Part shown: positions 1-8,842 of the stretch, one piece after another | How positions within the stretch are numbered: the stretch's first letter is position 1 | Layout of the letters: each line of letters begins with the position of its first letter | Virus record (IMG/VR): IMGVR_UViG_3300009436_000059 | Coordinates: 1-34,420 of that record | Origin: a virus | Lineage: Duplodnaviria; Caudoviricetes | Length of the DNA stretch: 34,420 bases | Strand: one strand, 5' to 3' | The notes under the pieces: model-generated | Told to the model about the DNA's origin: nothing | What the model saw: the letters and a program-made list of their open reading frames with translations, nothing else | The model's database searches: none | Position numbers and translations under genes: made by a program

Positions 1-56
1 ATGTTTGCTGTAAAGTCTGCACCCTGATCGATTGTTATGTTTGCTTTAATTGCCAT
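1..56 (-). CDS. 5' end of a T4-like virion structural protein (truncated by window edge)
   Basis: Manual translation from ATG at 56 gives MAIKANITIDQGADFTAN. GGAG Shine-Dalgarno lies just upstream and a minus-strand late promoter at 83-90. The MAxxANxxIDQGxDF N-terminus is one I recall from small structural proteins of aquatic T4-like phages. Confidence 0.75.
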   Translation of the reverse strand, partial: MAIKANITIDQGADFTAN

Positions 57-82
57 CTTTTTTCTCCAATAGATACTACAGT

Positions 83-90
83 TATTTATA
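83..90 (-). promoter_or_regulatory. T4-type late promoter (TATAAATA, gp55-sigma) for the leftward gene
   Basis: Plus strand TATTTATA = TATAAATA on minus, intergenic, about 26 nt upstream of the ATG at 56. Confidence 0.8.
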
Positions 91-94
91 AATA
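87..94 (+). promoter_or_regulatory. T4-type late promoter (TATAAATA) for the 945-aa plus-strand gene
   Basis: Exact TATAAATA, intergenic, about 34 nt upstream of ATG 129; overlaps the opposite-strand promoter. Confidence 0.8.
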
Positions 95-128
95 ACAGAA
101 TAACCTATTTGAACTAATTGGAAGAATT

Positions 129-2966
129 ATGTCAAGAACAAAGTATTTGAAATTCGGTGCTAGAGCAGACAAGAACTTATCGGATATTACAGATCCGATT
201 GCGGCCTTAAATAACATACTCGATGATATTTCGAGCGAGTTGGACGAGGGTGGAAATAAGTTAAAATTTAGCGTTCAAGATATCAACGGACTAATTGATC
301 TTTCTAAAACGGGTATGGGTCTGAATGTTGATGAGGAGAGTGGTAGACCAGTCTTATTAAATTCATTAGCAGGCACGAATGTTCAAGCAACTGACGTATC
401 AAATACATTGGTTGACGTTTCCCCTAGAATAACATACCAAGATTATATAAACAATTACAGAGCTGTTCTGGGTGATCCTTTGTGGACAGCAGGTGGAGTT
501 GGGCCCACAGCAAACTTTATCCCCTCAGATAGATTGAATACAAACACTAAAGGTATAAGCTCTGAGCATACTGGCGATTTTATACTAACAGGGCAGATGT
601 ATAGAATAGTTGCTCTTGGATCAGTCAATGATACTAAGTGGGACGACATCGCTGTTGTAGATAAGGGGGCAGCATATGCTGTCGGAGACGTATTTACAGC
701 CGCCATAAACGGAGATACACACTACGCTAGTTCTACTGTTAGAAATGTTACTCTACCTACTGGCAACTCTGGAACAACAGACGCTAACGCACTATCAGCA
801 GAAAAACTACACACAACAAAGGTTGATACATCATTAACAGATATCGTAGGCCCAGAAGATTTTTGGACAAACGGAGACTTTGCATTCAGCTTTCAGATAC
901 ACCCGTCTTTCCCTAACACAGACGGTGGTGTTCAATGGGAAGGATATCAATCTGGACGATTTCTTGTTGGATTTAGGACCACTGCATACTTCGTAATAGA
1001 AGAGGATGTAAATAATGATAACAACTGGACTACACTAAAGGCCGTTATCGAAGATGAATATGAAACCGCTTATCCTATAACATGGGCGGATAGTGGTGAT
1101 GTTACAGAGATTAAATTCTATAACAGACATGACTATGTTCGTGTTTGTGAGGGAATGAGTATAGACTTAAATCAGACTAGACAAGAAGTTACTCTCGTCT
1201 ATAGAACGTATAATACCACGAGTAGTGAATATGAGTATTTTGCGAAACTAGAAGGCAATGTTGGTAGTCAAGATTCCACAGGATCTATCCAGACGTTTAT
1301 CGCTGATGTTAATCAACTGCGATTAGACACTGGGAAGATTACCCTAACTCCAGTTGCTAGAGGAAATAGACGCCATGTGAGATATACTGCATACTGGAAA
1401 CCTAGATCGGCTAGTAATGCTATCGACAGTAAATACTTTAATGAGTATGATCCAAACGAACAAGGTGCTCTTAACTTCAACTATTTTTATCCTAATGACG
1501 GTTCGGCCGATATTGACGGCCAATACACTTTCAAGTACTTCTTTGACAACAGGGTAAATTTCACACAACAAAAACTTTCTACTAATATAAGCGTAGATAA
1601 TACTATATCACTAGAATATGTCCCACCCCAAATCGCAACAGAAGTTTTTACAGAATACTCGTCCAACTCTATAGTGAGAAAGCAAGTACAGATACAGGAT
1701 AGCTCCGGCTCGATTATAGGCGAGGATATAGAGTCTACTATATTCTCGGATATAGATGTTGGTGATTGGATTGTAGTGTGTCTTAATGCCTCTAGCGTAA
1801 CTAGAGGAAACACTAATGGTGTATACTATGCATATCAAGTTCTCGAAAAAGTTCAGAGTAAGCAGATATATGTACATGAAAGCTATACGACATTGGGTAT
1901 AAGCGAACACGTTCTACATGACGTACTGTTCGTAAAGAATAAGGGCCTAAAGGGAATATATCAGTCTTCCCCTTTTTTGCTTGGCACTCCTGATAAAAGA
2001 CAAATACTTGCAAATATAAACTCTGATAAAGCATCTTCTATGAATAGACCGTTTGGCACTTATGTAGAATCTGGTGATATTGGTTATAAGGTTGAGTATG
2101 ATTTGCTTACAGCATCGAGCAATCATACAGCACACACTTACCCCCTTAGACTAACAACATTTGTCCCTGCCGCTACTACTGCTCTAAGCACATGGGAATC
2201 ACATCCTAATGCTGCAAGCGCAGATGGAACAGCAAGTACGCTTAATAGTGAGAATTTCGGTACAAGCCCATCAGGCGGTCAAAATGGACTAATGATGGTT
2301 TACTCCAGTAAAGGATTGCAAGACTCTAGTGCCAAGCATGAGTGTGGTGGAGTATATGGACTAGAGGTTGTCACTCCACCAGGCGGTGCACCCGCAGGAT
2401 CAAATGACTCTGGTAGTACTAGAATATATGTTAAAGAGTTGGATGGAGCCGAAGATCAAACAGGTTATTACGTCTACTTTGTCGGCTCTGATCCCGCCGC
2501 TCCAGTGATCGATCAACATAGTGTTGGTGGGGTCTCTACTACAATTGCTAGTCACAGTGCTGACGGTGCCTCTGATCCCTACATTAATATATCTACAGTA
2601 CTAAATGCTGATATTGCACCAGGCACGACAATAGTTCTTGTTCCTGATACTAGCTATAATTCGGTTAGTGCTGAACTTCGGAAGAATAGAGAGTATTGTA
2701 TTATTCCTTTGAACACCGCTCCTCCATTTGCAAGTACACTTAATGGGCTAGCAACGACAGCTACTTTTGATAATCTAATGGTTTCTGGATTAGAATTTGA
2801 AGATGTGGAAGTGTTTTTAGCAGACAGTAAAGTTGTTGATCTAGAAACTGTCACTTGGGCAGGAGATGGAGTTCCAGACAAAAATGTCGATATACTGGGC
2901 CCCAATGATACTGGTGCTGGGTCGAGTACATACAAGATTCTTATTAACTCGGATACTTACACATAG
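129..2966 (+). CDS. Putative virion structural/fibre-associated protein (945 aa) with possible interrupted PA14-like domain
   Basis: Long ORF with its own late promoter. N-terminal KFGARADKNLSD...AALNNIL resembles fibre-type NLSD/AxxNL motifs. GGVQWEGY...GF and ARGNRRHVRYTAYW resemble PA14 beta-sandwich strands. One copy of the recurrent module at ~573-704. Confidence 0.7.
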   Translation: MSRTKYLKFGARADKNLSDITDPIAALNNILDDISSELDEGGNKLKFSVQDINGLIDLSKTGMGLNVDEESGRPVLLNSLAGTNVQATDVSNTLVDVSPRITYQDYINNYRAVLGDPLWTAGGVGPTANFIPSDRLNTNTKGISSEHTGDFILTGQMYRIVALGSVNDTKWDDIAVVDKGAAYAVGDVFTAAINGDTHYASSTVRNVTLPTGNSGTTDANALSAEKLHTTKVDTSLTDIVGPEDFWTNGDFAFSFQIHPSFPNTDGGVQWEGYQSGRFLVGFRTTAYFVIEEDVNNDNNWTTLKAVIEDEYETAYPITWADSGDVTEIKFYNRHDYVRVCEGMSIDLNQTRQEVTLVYRTYNTTSSEYEYFAKLEGNVGSQDSTGSIQTFIADVNQLRLDTGKITLTPVARGNRRHVRYTAYWKPRSASNAIDSKYFNEYDPNEQGALNFNYFYPNDGSADIDGQYTFKYFFDNRVNFTQQKLSTNISVDNTISLEYVPPQIATEVFTEYSSNSIVRKQVQIQDSSGSIIGEDIESTIFSDIDVGDWIVVCLNASSVTRGNTNGVYYAYQVLEKVQSKQIYVHESYTTLGISEHVLHDVLFVKNKGLKGIYQSSPFLLGTPDKRQILANINSDKASSMNRPFGTYVESGDIGYKVEYDLLTASSNHTAHTYPLRLTTFVPAATTALSTWESHPNAASADGTASTLNSENFGTSPSGGQNGLMMVYSSKGLQDSSAKHECGGVYGLEVVTPPGGAPAGSNDSGSTRIYVKELDGAEDQTGYYVYFVGSDPAAPVIDQHSVGGVSTTIASHSADGASDPYINISTVLNADIAPGTTIVLVPDTSYNSVSAELRKNREYCIIPLNTAPPFASTLNGLATTATFDNLMVSGLEFEDVEVFLADSKVVDLETVTWAGDGVPDKNVDILGPNDTGAGSSTYKILINSDTYT

Positions 2967-2969
2967 CAA

Positions 2970-4436
2970 TTATTGTTTCTGTGTAAGTATATAAAACTGC
3001 TCACCATTTACATTAATGGGGAGTTTGTGCGTATATGAGGCTACAGTAATATCTGCCGTATTTACTTGAGGTACTGCGGCTGTCTTAGCGGCATTCGTTT
3101 TTACGAAGTTAATATCTGTCGAAGATGTAGACGCAAAGTCTTTAAGGACAAGACTTTTTATTTTAACAGTATCTGTAGCGGCCTCACTTCTAAGTGCCCC
3201 ACCAGTAATAAATGCCGGAGTAGATCCACTTACTACCTCTGCCCAAGGGTTTTCTGCTCCTGAGAATGCACGAATCTTATTTCCTGCATTTAGTATGAAA
3301 AGACCAGGCGGCGTTGTTGCCTTGATTTTAGCTAACCCAATGCTACCAGATCCTACGTTTACTGCTATGAATGTATCGTTATTACTCCAAGACTTAGAAA
3401 TCCCAGAGACTTCATTAAAATAGCTATCGGGTGTAGTTCCTTTATCTATTATCTTATATTCTGTTCCTTGAGTTAGTGCTGTGCCAACGTCTCTCGGATA
3501 TCCTATTTCTAGCGAAGAGACGTTATCTATTTGCATTAGACCATTGAGTCTAAATCGGACATCGAAACTGTTATCTAAAAAGCTGAGAGGAACTCTAGAT
3601 TTTTTATACTTAACTTTTGCTACGATATTGCCTATATATGCTATCTTTTCTAGAGGACTCAACTCCACCGCTTCGCCTGAATTACCGCCGCCTTCTTCGC
3701 CTAGAGAAATAGACCCGCCGCCGTCAGCTTCATCATTTGTAGATATTTTTTGAACTTTCATGTTGGCGATGTTATCGCCTGTGACAGCATCTGATCTAGT
3801 AAACGCAACATTGTTTATATCTGCATCCGCAATGCTAGACAATATAGTATCGATGTTCAATATCGTAGGAGGATCAGCTACATCACTTGCGCTAATTATT
3901 TGGAAGACATTTTCGCCATTACTATTATACGATTTGTATGGATATGCGGCAGGTGCCGCTCCCGACACGGCACTTATGGCGAAAACTGTACCTGTAGAGA
4001 ATGCTACCCTATTTGCTCCGATAATTCGTATACTAAAGCCGTTATTAGAGTCGTTGTCGTAAAATCCCTGAAAGTCTGATCTAACAACCACTTCGTTTGC
4101 AAAACCACCACTACCTGTATCTGAAGATCCGTCACTTGAAGGAGAAAACACTTCTCCCACTGTTGCTGAAGTAGCACCTAAAGCTACCCAGTCATGACCA
4201 GACCCCACTTCGATAATTTTATATGATTTAGTTGTGTCGAAATTTCCAAAAAATATTTCGGTTGGTATCAATTCCTGTTGATTATTTCTGAGTACACTGG
4301 TAAACTTACTATTACCATCAAATAGCAAAATATCAGATGTTATATTAATACCACCAAGGTTATCTAGAATAGCCCTGTCAGACGGAGTGGTAGTACTCTC
4401 TTGTAAGTTTAAGTTTGCAACAAATCCTTGAGCCAT
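2970..4436 (-). CDS. Putative virion structural protein (488 aa)
   Basis: ORF with purine-rich RBS (GGGAAAGAA-ATG), S/G/T-rich composition, two copies of the recurrent module, and a fibre-like C-terminus (HKLPINVNGEQFYIL). Confidence 0.7.
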   Translation of the reverse strand: MAQGFVANLNLQESTTTPSDRAILDNLGGINITSDILLFDGNSKFTSVLRNNQQELIPTEIFFGNFDTTKSYKIIEVGSGHDWVALGATSATVGEVFSPSSDGSSDTGSGGFANEVVVRSDFQGFYDNDSNNGFSIRIIGANRVAFSTGTVFAISAVSGAAPAAYPYKSYNSNGENVFQIISASDVADPPTILNIDTILSSIADADINNVAFTRSDAVTGDNIANMKVQKISTNDEADGGGSISLGEEGGGNSGEAVELSPLEKIAYIGNIVAKVKYKKSRVPLSFLDNSFDVRFRLNGLMQIDNVSSLEIGYPRDVGTALTQGTEYKIIDKGTTPDSYFNEVSGISKSWSNNDTFIAVNVGSGSIGLAKIKATTPPGLFILNAGNKIRAFSGAENPWAEVVSGSTPAFITGGALRSEAATDTVKIKSLVLKDFASTSSTDINFVKTNAAKTAAVPQVNTADITVASYTHKLPINVNGEQFYILTQKQ

Positions 4437-4445
4437 TTCTTTTCC

Positions 4446-7400
4446 CTAGCTTTCTAGCTGTATTGTCCAACCAGCATTTCGTAGAAATGCCAATTTATTA
4501 GCAGTAGATAAATCTCCTGTTGTTCCGTCATTATTTAATCTACTTTCAGTCAAATGATCACCAGAGGCTGCGTTTTGACCAAGCAAGTTTATAATAACGC
4601 CCCCTCTTCTTCTCAGAAGATAGTTTTCATATAAGTCATTGATCAGTGCTGTCCCCGAAATCGCAGGAAGTTTATTGTTTTTCAGATTAATCTTAGTCAA
4701 GTATTTATTAAGCGATAAACTACCTGACACATATCCAGAAATCTGATTATCTTGTAATCTAACATCCCGTAAATTTAGACATAGTGAGAAGTCTGGAAAT
4801 GTTCCAGTAAATTTATTCTTGTTAGCCCAAACACGAAAAAGATAAGGTAAAGTCATTGTAGGGAACTGACCCGGTATGCTATTATTTTGAATATATAGCC
4901 ACTGCAATCTTGGATTAATCCATGCGGGTAGAGACTCGTCTAATCCTGCTGTCAATACTCTATCATATCCGTCTGGTCTAACTGTTCCAGTTCCTGTTAC
5001 GCCTGCAAGACTGGGAGCGGCAGGAGCGACAAATGAGTAGTTAACATAAGTACCTGCCACAGAATGATCTATATAATCCGAGATGTTCGCCTTGTTTTGT
5101 CCAGTGATAGTATTCCAATCATCTACGGTAGTGTTCCCGATATCATATATTCTATATCTCTTACCCTGCACGAGTGCTGTAGTTGCGATAGGTACTGCTT
5201 GATATACAAAAGTATCCCCCACAGCAGGTTCTGTGTTCCCATTTGTCCCCTGACTTTCACCAGTAACTGGATTCACATTCGTCCAACCAATATCCGCCCA
5301 CATCTGTAAGTTATTGTTAGATTGGTTATTTAGATTTGATTGATTATAAAAACTTACGATGGTATGCTTAACACCCGGCTGAGCCCATCTTACATGAAGA
5401 TTAGACCTATTGTTCTTGAAATTCATATAATATAGTTTAGTATTATTTGTAATATCTGGTAGCTTGCCGGTTACTCCCCCATCAGCGCAGTACAAGACCT
5501 GAAGGTTTAGATTACTAGCTAGATCTAAGAACTTTGTATCGTCTGCATTATCTACGAATCTAATACACGCTCTATCCATATTATACATATATAGCCTTCT
5601 TAGATTAACTAGTGACTTGAGAGATTTTCCAGTAAATCCACTCTCACCATTTATACCTAAAAAGTCATTACTACTCATACCATATGTGGCCCCTGCGACA
5701 TAAAGATTTGTTATCTTAGTCGTATTAGGTCCGAATACTGAATCACTAAGCCTAGCATCCATATGAGTATATCTAACATCGATATATGTCAAATCTGGCT
5801 TATCGTTAAACATACTATTTTCTTGCCAATTACCGAGACAGTTAGTGACAACAACGTCAAATCTCGTTAATGCAGGACAGTTGTCAAACTTGGCATTAGC
5901 TGTTCTTTCCGCTTTTCTTACACTACTTCTAAGAGAGCATCTTGATTGAGTATATTCGGTAAGATTCGTTTTACCAGACATATTGATTATATTGTGAGAA
6001 CCCAAGCCAGTTCTATTATTAGTTGAATAGAACCTGGTTATCTCTGTGCTTCTAAGGGTTATTGATCTATCAGAGGATTGTGCATCTCTTTGTGCATCAC
6101 TGAATCCACTTGAAGAGTAGATAGGTAATTCTGAATTTGATGACAACCAAGAACTAGAAAACGATAGTTCTTGCAACTTAGAACTAGTCATAATCCCTGT
6201 GGGAAGTTGCTCATAAAAGGGTTGGTTTTCTATTGAGTATTTTTTTATACCAATAGTATCATCATACAATATGTTACCTGAAGCATCACAGGCCTTAAAG
6301 CAATGTGCGCCCGGTTCTCCTGTACCAGAAACTAGCGCACTCAACTGAGTCGCTCCCAAAAAGACTTCGTATCTGTTACCAGTGCCCTTGGCCTTAAGAG
6401 TATATACAGTATTTGGAACTAGTCCCCCAGTTATGGTGCCTGCAGGATAGTTAGTTGGCAATTCTATTGTGCCAGCGTTATTATAAGCACCATTTAGATA
6501 CTTGACTGTAGCTAAGGCATCAGCAGTAGGGGTGCCACCATACAATTTGAACGCCACTGCACTATCAATTATTATCTCGGTCGTAGAGTAGTTGTAAGTG
6601 TCCCAGTTATTGAAACCAGTGTTAGCTATAGTCGTATCAACAATTTTGGGCATAACTGTTCCGCCAGTCATGTGTCTTCTTAGATCACTATCATAGGTTA
6701 CGCCCATGCTGAAATTTTCTAAGTTGACGTATTGCGTTAAGTCTACCTCAGTAGAATCTGAAAAGCATCCATTAACAGTTATCTTTTTCATTGTTAGCGG
6801 AAGTCTATTCAACTGTGCATTTGCAGTTGAATATAGCACATTATCATTATTAGTTAAATTTGTACTACCCTGTAGAGATAACTCTGCTCTGGCTAAGTTG
6901 TTTCCAGTGAGATTTATCTCTTCAAGTGTCGGTGCCAAACCTGCGGTAGACGTAAGTCCATGCTTTGCGGCACCAACCGCCTCAATGTCATCTCTAAACT
7001 CAGGTATAACTGATAAGTCATTCCTTTCAAAACTTAATATTTTCAAGTTGGGTAGACTGACATTAGTCCACTGTGAGATATTTATCTCAACCATCTTCAA
7101 CTGCTCTATCTTGCTTGGATTGTAGAAAAACTCTATTCGTCTAGGTCTTGACTGAGAGTCTCTAAATGTATATATTGCAGGAGTGGATAATGTCCCTACT
7201 CCAACACTACCTGGATTTTCTGACGTTCCATCACCACTATTATATATAGTTGCAGTGCTATCTAAGTTAGTCACTCTCCATGTTATTGGGATGGTGGCTC
7301 CACTAGTATCTTGCACACCAACAACACTAGCTGTAAGATCACAGTCTCTAAATGAAGAGTCGAATGTTAGGGGTATACCCTTCATCGCCAAAACATTTTG

Positions 7401-7973
7401 CTCAACTCCGTTGAACTTCATTTTTAAGATATGTGTAGGAACTTCTGCCCGAAATGCTTTTTTCACCGGCTGCTTAGTCGTTGAAATGGACGTATAGCTT
7501 ATAGTACCCTTTTTAGAGTTTACTTCACCGCCATAGAATATAACGCTATCTGGAGTGGCTTCTGGTCCTATTGGAGACCAAGATGATACTCTAGACGTAG
7601 AGATATCAGCCTTAGCGGCTTTCCAATTAGTGCCATCGACACCACTGAAGTCTAGGTAGTTATATTTTATCGCAGAGCCAGCTAACTGAGAGTTGATTAG
7701 AATGTTAAAGTTCATTGGTACTGAGATGTCTGGTAGAGTTTCAACCAGTTGCCCAGTCTTCTGTGCAGTAGCAAGCATACCAGAAAAGACCTTTTCCTGA
7801 TCTTCGGTTAGGTTTGCCATACTGTGAAAATCTTTAATGTCCACGTTTGCACTAGTCAGACCACTTATAAGATTTAAATCATCTATATTCAGGCCTAAGT
7901 TTCTTAACGCTTCGACTGGATCGTCAACGTCAATCATTCCTTTAGCTATGTTCAAGCCTCTGTATATGGGCAT
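4446..7973 (-). CDS. Leucine-rich-repeat putative virion protein (1175 aa)
   Basis: Multiple LxxLxLxxNxL repeats (LPNLKILSFERNDLSVIP, LEEINLTGNNL, LQWLYIQNNSIPGQFP, LRDVRLQDNQISG, LTKINLKNNKL). C-cap-like LRNAGWTI end. Start overlaps the upstream stop (TAATG at 7973). Confidence 0.85.
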   Translation of the reverse strand: MPIYRGLNIAKGMIDVDDPVEALRNLGLNIDDLNLISGLTSANVDIKDFHSMANLTEDQEKVFSGMLATAQKTGQLVETLPDISVPMNFNILINSQLAGSAIKYNYLDFSGVDGTNWKAAKADISTSRVSSWSPIGPEATPDSVIFYGGEVNSKKGTISYTSISTTKQPVKKAFRAEVPTHILKMKFNGVEQNVLAMKGIPLTFDSSFRDCDLTASVVGVQDTSGATIPITWRVTNLDSTATIYNSGDGTSENPGSVGVGTLSTPAIYTFRDSQSRPRRIEFFYNPSKIEQLKMVEINISQWTNVSLPNLKILSFERNDLSVIPEFRDDIEAVGAAKHGLTSTAGLAPTLEEINLTGNNLARAELSLQGSTNLTNNDNVLYSTANAQLNRLPLTMKKITVNGCFSDSTEVDLTQYVNLENFSMGVTYDSDLRRHMTGGTVMPKIVDTTIANTGFNNWDTYNYSTTEIIIDSAVAFKLYGGTPTADALATVKYLNGAYNNAGTIELPTNYPAGTITGGLVPNTVYTLKAKGTGNRYEVFLGATQLSALVSGTGEPGAHCFKACDASGNILYDDTIGIKKYSIENQPFYEQLPTGIMTSSKLQELSFSSSWLSSNSELPIYSSSGFSDAQRDAQSSDRSITLRSTEITRFYSTNNRTGLGSHNIINMSGKTNLTEYTQSRCSLRSSVRKAERTANAKFDNCPALTRFDVVVTNCLGNWQENSMFNDKPDLTYIDVRYTHMDARLSDSVFGPNTTKITNLYVAGATYGMSSNDFLGINGESGFTGKSLKSLVNLRRLYMYNMDRACIRFVDNADDTKFLDLASNLNLQVLYCADGGVTGKLPDITNNTKLYYMNFKNNRSNLHVRWAQPGVKHTIVSFYNQSNLNNQSNNNLQMWADIGWTNVNPVTGESQGTNGNTEPAVGDTFVYQAVPIATTALVQGKRYRIYDIGNTTVDDWNTITGQNKANISDYIDHSVAGTYVNYSFVAPAAPSLAGVTGTGTVRPDGYDRVLTAGLDESLPAWINPRLQWLYIQNNSIPGQFPTMTLPYLFRVWANKNKFTGTFPDFSLCLNLRDVRLQDNQISGYVSGSLSLNKYLTKINLKNNKLPAISGTALINDLYENYLLRRRGGVIINLLGQNAASGDHLTESRLNNDGTTGDLSTANKLAFLRNAGWTIQLES

Positions 7974-8842
7974 TATTGTTCCTTGGCTGTCAATGTCATC
8001 TGAATTACTCCACTAGTACCTGATAGTGTCGTTGCTTTGAAATATATAGCTTTATCGTTTAATAGACCTCTCGATATACCTCTACGATCTGTTTCGAATA
8101 TGTTGTCTAGTGGTATCTCCGTAGGATCATCAGCACCAACAAAAAACGATGATATATTAGTACCAGGTCTAAGTGGCTGTAATGTTGATGTATCATATCT
8201 ACAAGACTCTAACCTTTCAGCAGTATTAAACGCACATGGAGTATCTTCGCTTCCTAGAGATCCATAATTTTCGATGGATATATTCGGATTGGATTGCGAT
8301 GACTCAGTTATAAGTTGTGGACTATGCGTACTAACTACACCATCGGCGGTGATCTCTTCTACGACTATACTATTTATAACTGCGTTATTCTTTAGTGCGA
8401 ACACTGGATAAAACGGTTGCGCTCCAAACGGCACTATCTTTAGTATTTGAAACTTCTTGTCTTCAAATCTAACGGCTCCTGATAAATCCCTAGAGTCTAA
8501 CTTCCAATCATCTTTTAGCGTAAGCGTTTTAAGCTGAATGGTGCCAGTACTTAAATCAGCAACCAGATTTTGAGCAGTGCTTCCATCCCCAAGAGTTGCG
8601 TAGAAATAGTTGTTACCTGTGACTGGTCTAAATACTTTACTTTCAAAGAATTTTCCAGTCCCAACAAACTGAGTTCCTATTTCGGCAGAGTCGTCAAGTG
8701 TGATTGATGAATCGTCTGGCCCAGAAACATTGTTTCCGAATGTCACCTTATAATATTGACCGGCAGGATATCCAGTATCCTCACCGGTTGAAAGTACTAC
8801 TGCATCGGCGTCTGCAAGCTGATAGTCAAATACTCCAACCTC
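7973..8842 (-). CDS. C-terminal part of the frameshifted paralogue (ORF track 7973..8746; frame actually open up to 8842)
   Basis: The frame stays open 32 codons upstream of the GTG at 8746 (EVGVFDYQLADADAVVLSTGEDTGYPAGQYYK-VTFG) and overlaps the end of the 927-aa ORF. It ends TLTAKEQ, like the paralogue end GVTWEEQ. Confidence 0.75.
   Translation of the reverse strand, partial: EVGVFDYQLADADAVVLSTGEDTGYPAGQYYKVTFGNNVSGPDDSSITLDDSAEIGTQFVGTGKFFESKVFRPVTGNNYFYATLGDGSTAQNLVADLSTGTIQLKTLTLKDDWKLDSRDLSGAVRFEDKKFQILKIVPFGAQPFYPVFALKNNAVINSIVVEEITADGVVSTHSPQLITESSQSNPNISIENYGSLGSEDTPCAFNTAERLESCRYDTSTLQPLRPGTNISSFFVGADDPTEIPLDNIFETDRRGISRGLLNDKAIYFKATTLSGTSGVIQMTLTAKEQ

Larger units (their letters stand above)
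81..96. repeat. Perfect 16-bp palindrome GTTATTTATAAATAAC
   Basis: Read directly: GTTATTTA is the reverse complement of TAAATAAC. Confidence 0.95.

Noticed and set aside
57-2975. Site-specific invertible segment (shufflon or Gin-type) explaining the flipped gene
   Set aside because: No inverted repeats were seen flanking the gene and no recombinase is encoded in the window.
2960-2990. Bidirectional rho-independent terminator between the convergent genes
   Set aside because: No GC-rich stem-loop with a U-tract is visible.
5305-5346. NQSNLNNQSNNN low-complexity micro-repeat in the LRR gene
   Set aside because: A short imperfect duplication in an Asn-rich loop, too small to call a functional repeat or array.
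8371-8378. Intragenic minus-strand TATAAATA (also 21194-21201; NATAAATA variants near 20670, 26490, 29780, 34323)
   Set aside because: A few exact matches per strand are expected by chance in 34 kb of AT-rich DNA, and all lie within coding sequence. Some may be real internal late promoters but cannot be supported without TSS data.
7973-8746. 257-aa ORF as an independent gene starting at GTG 8746
   Set aside because: The frame is open 32 codons further upstream, overlaps the previous ORF, and supplies the C-terminus expected from the paralogue. It is better explained as the second half of a frameshifted gene.
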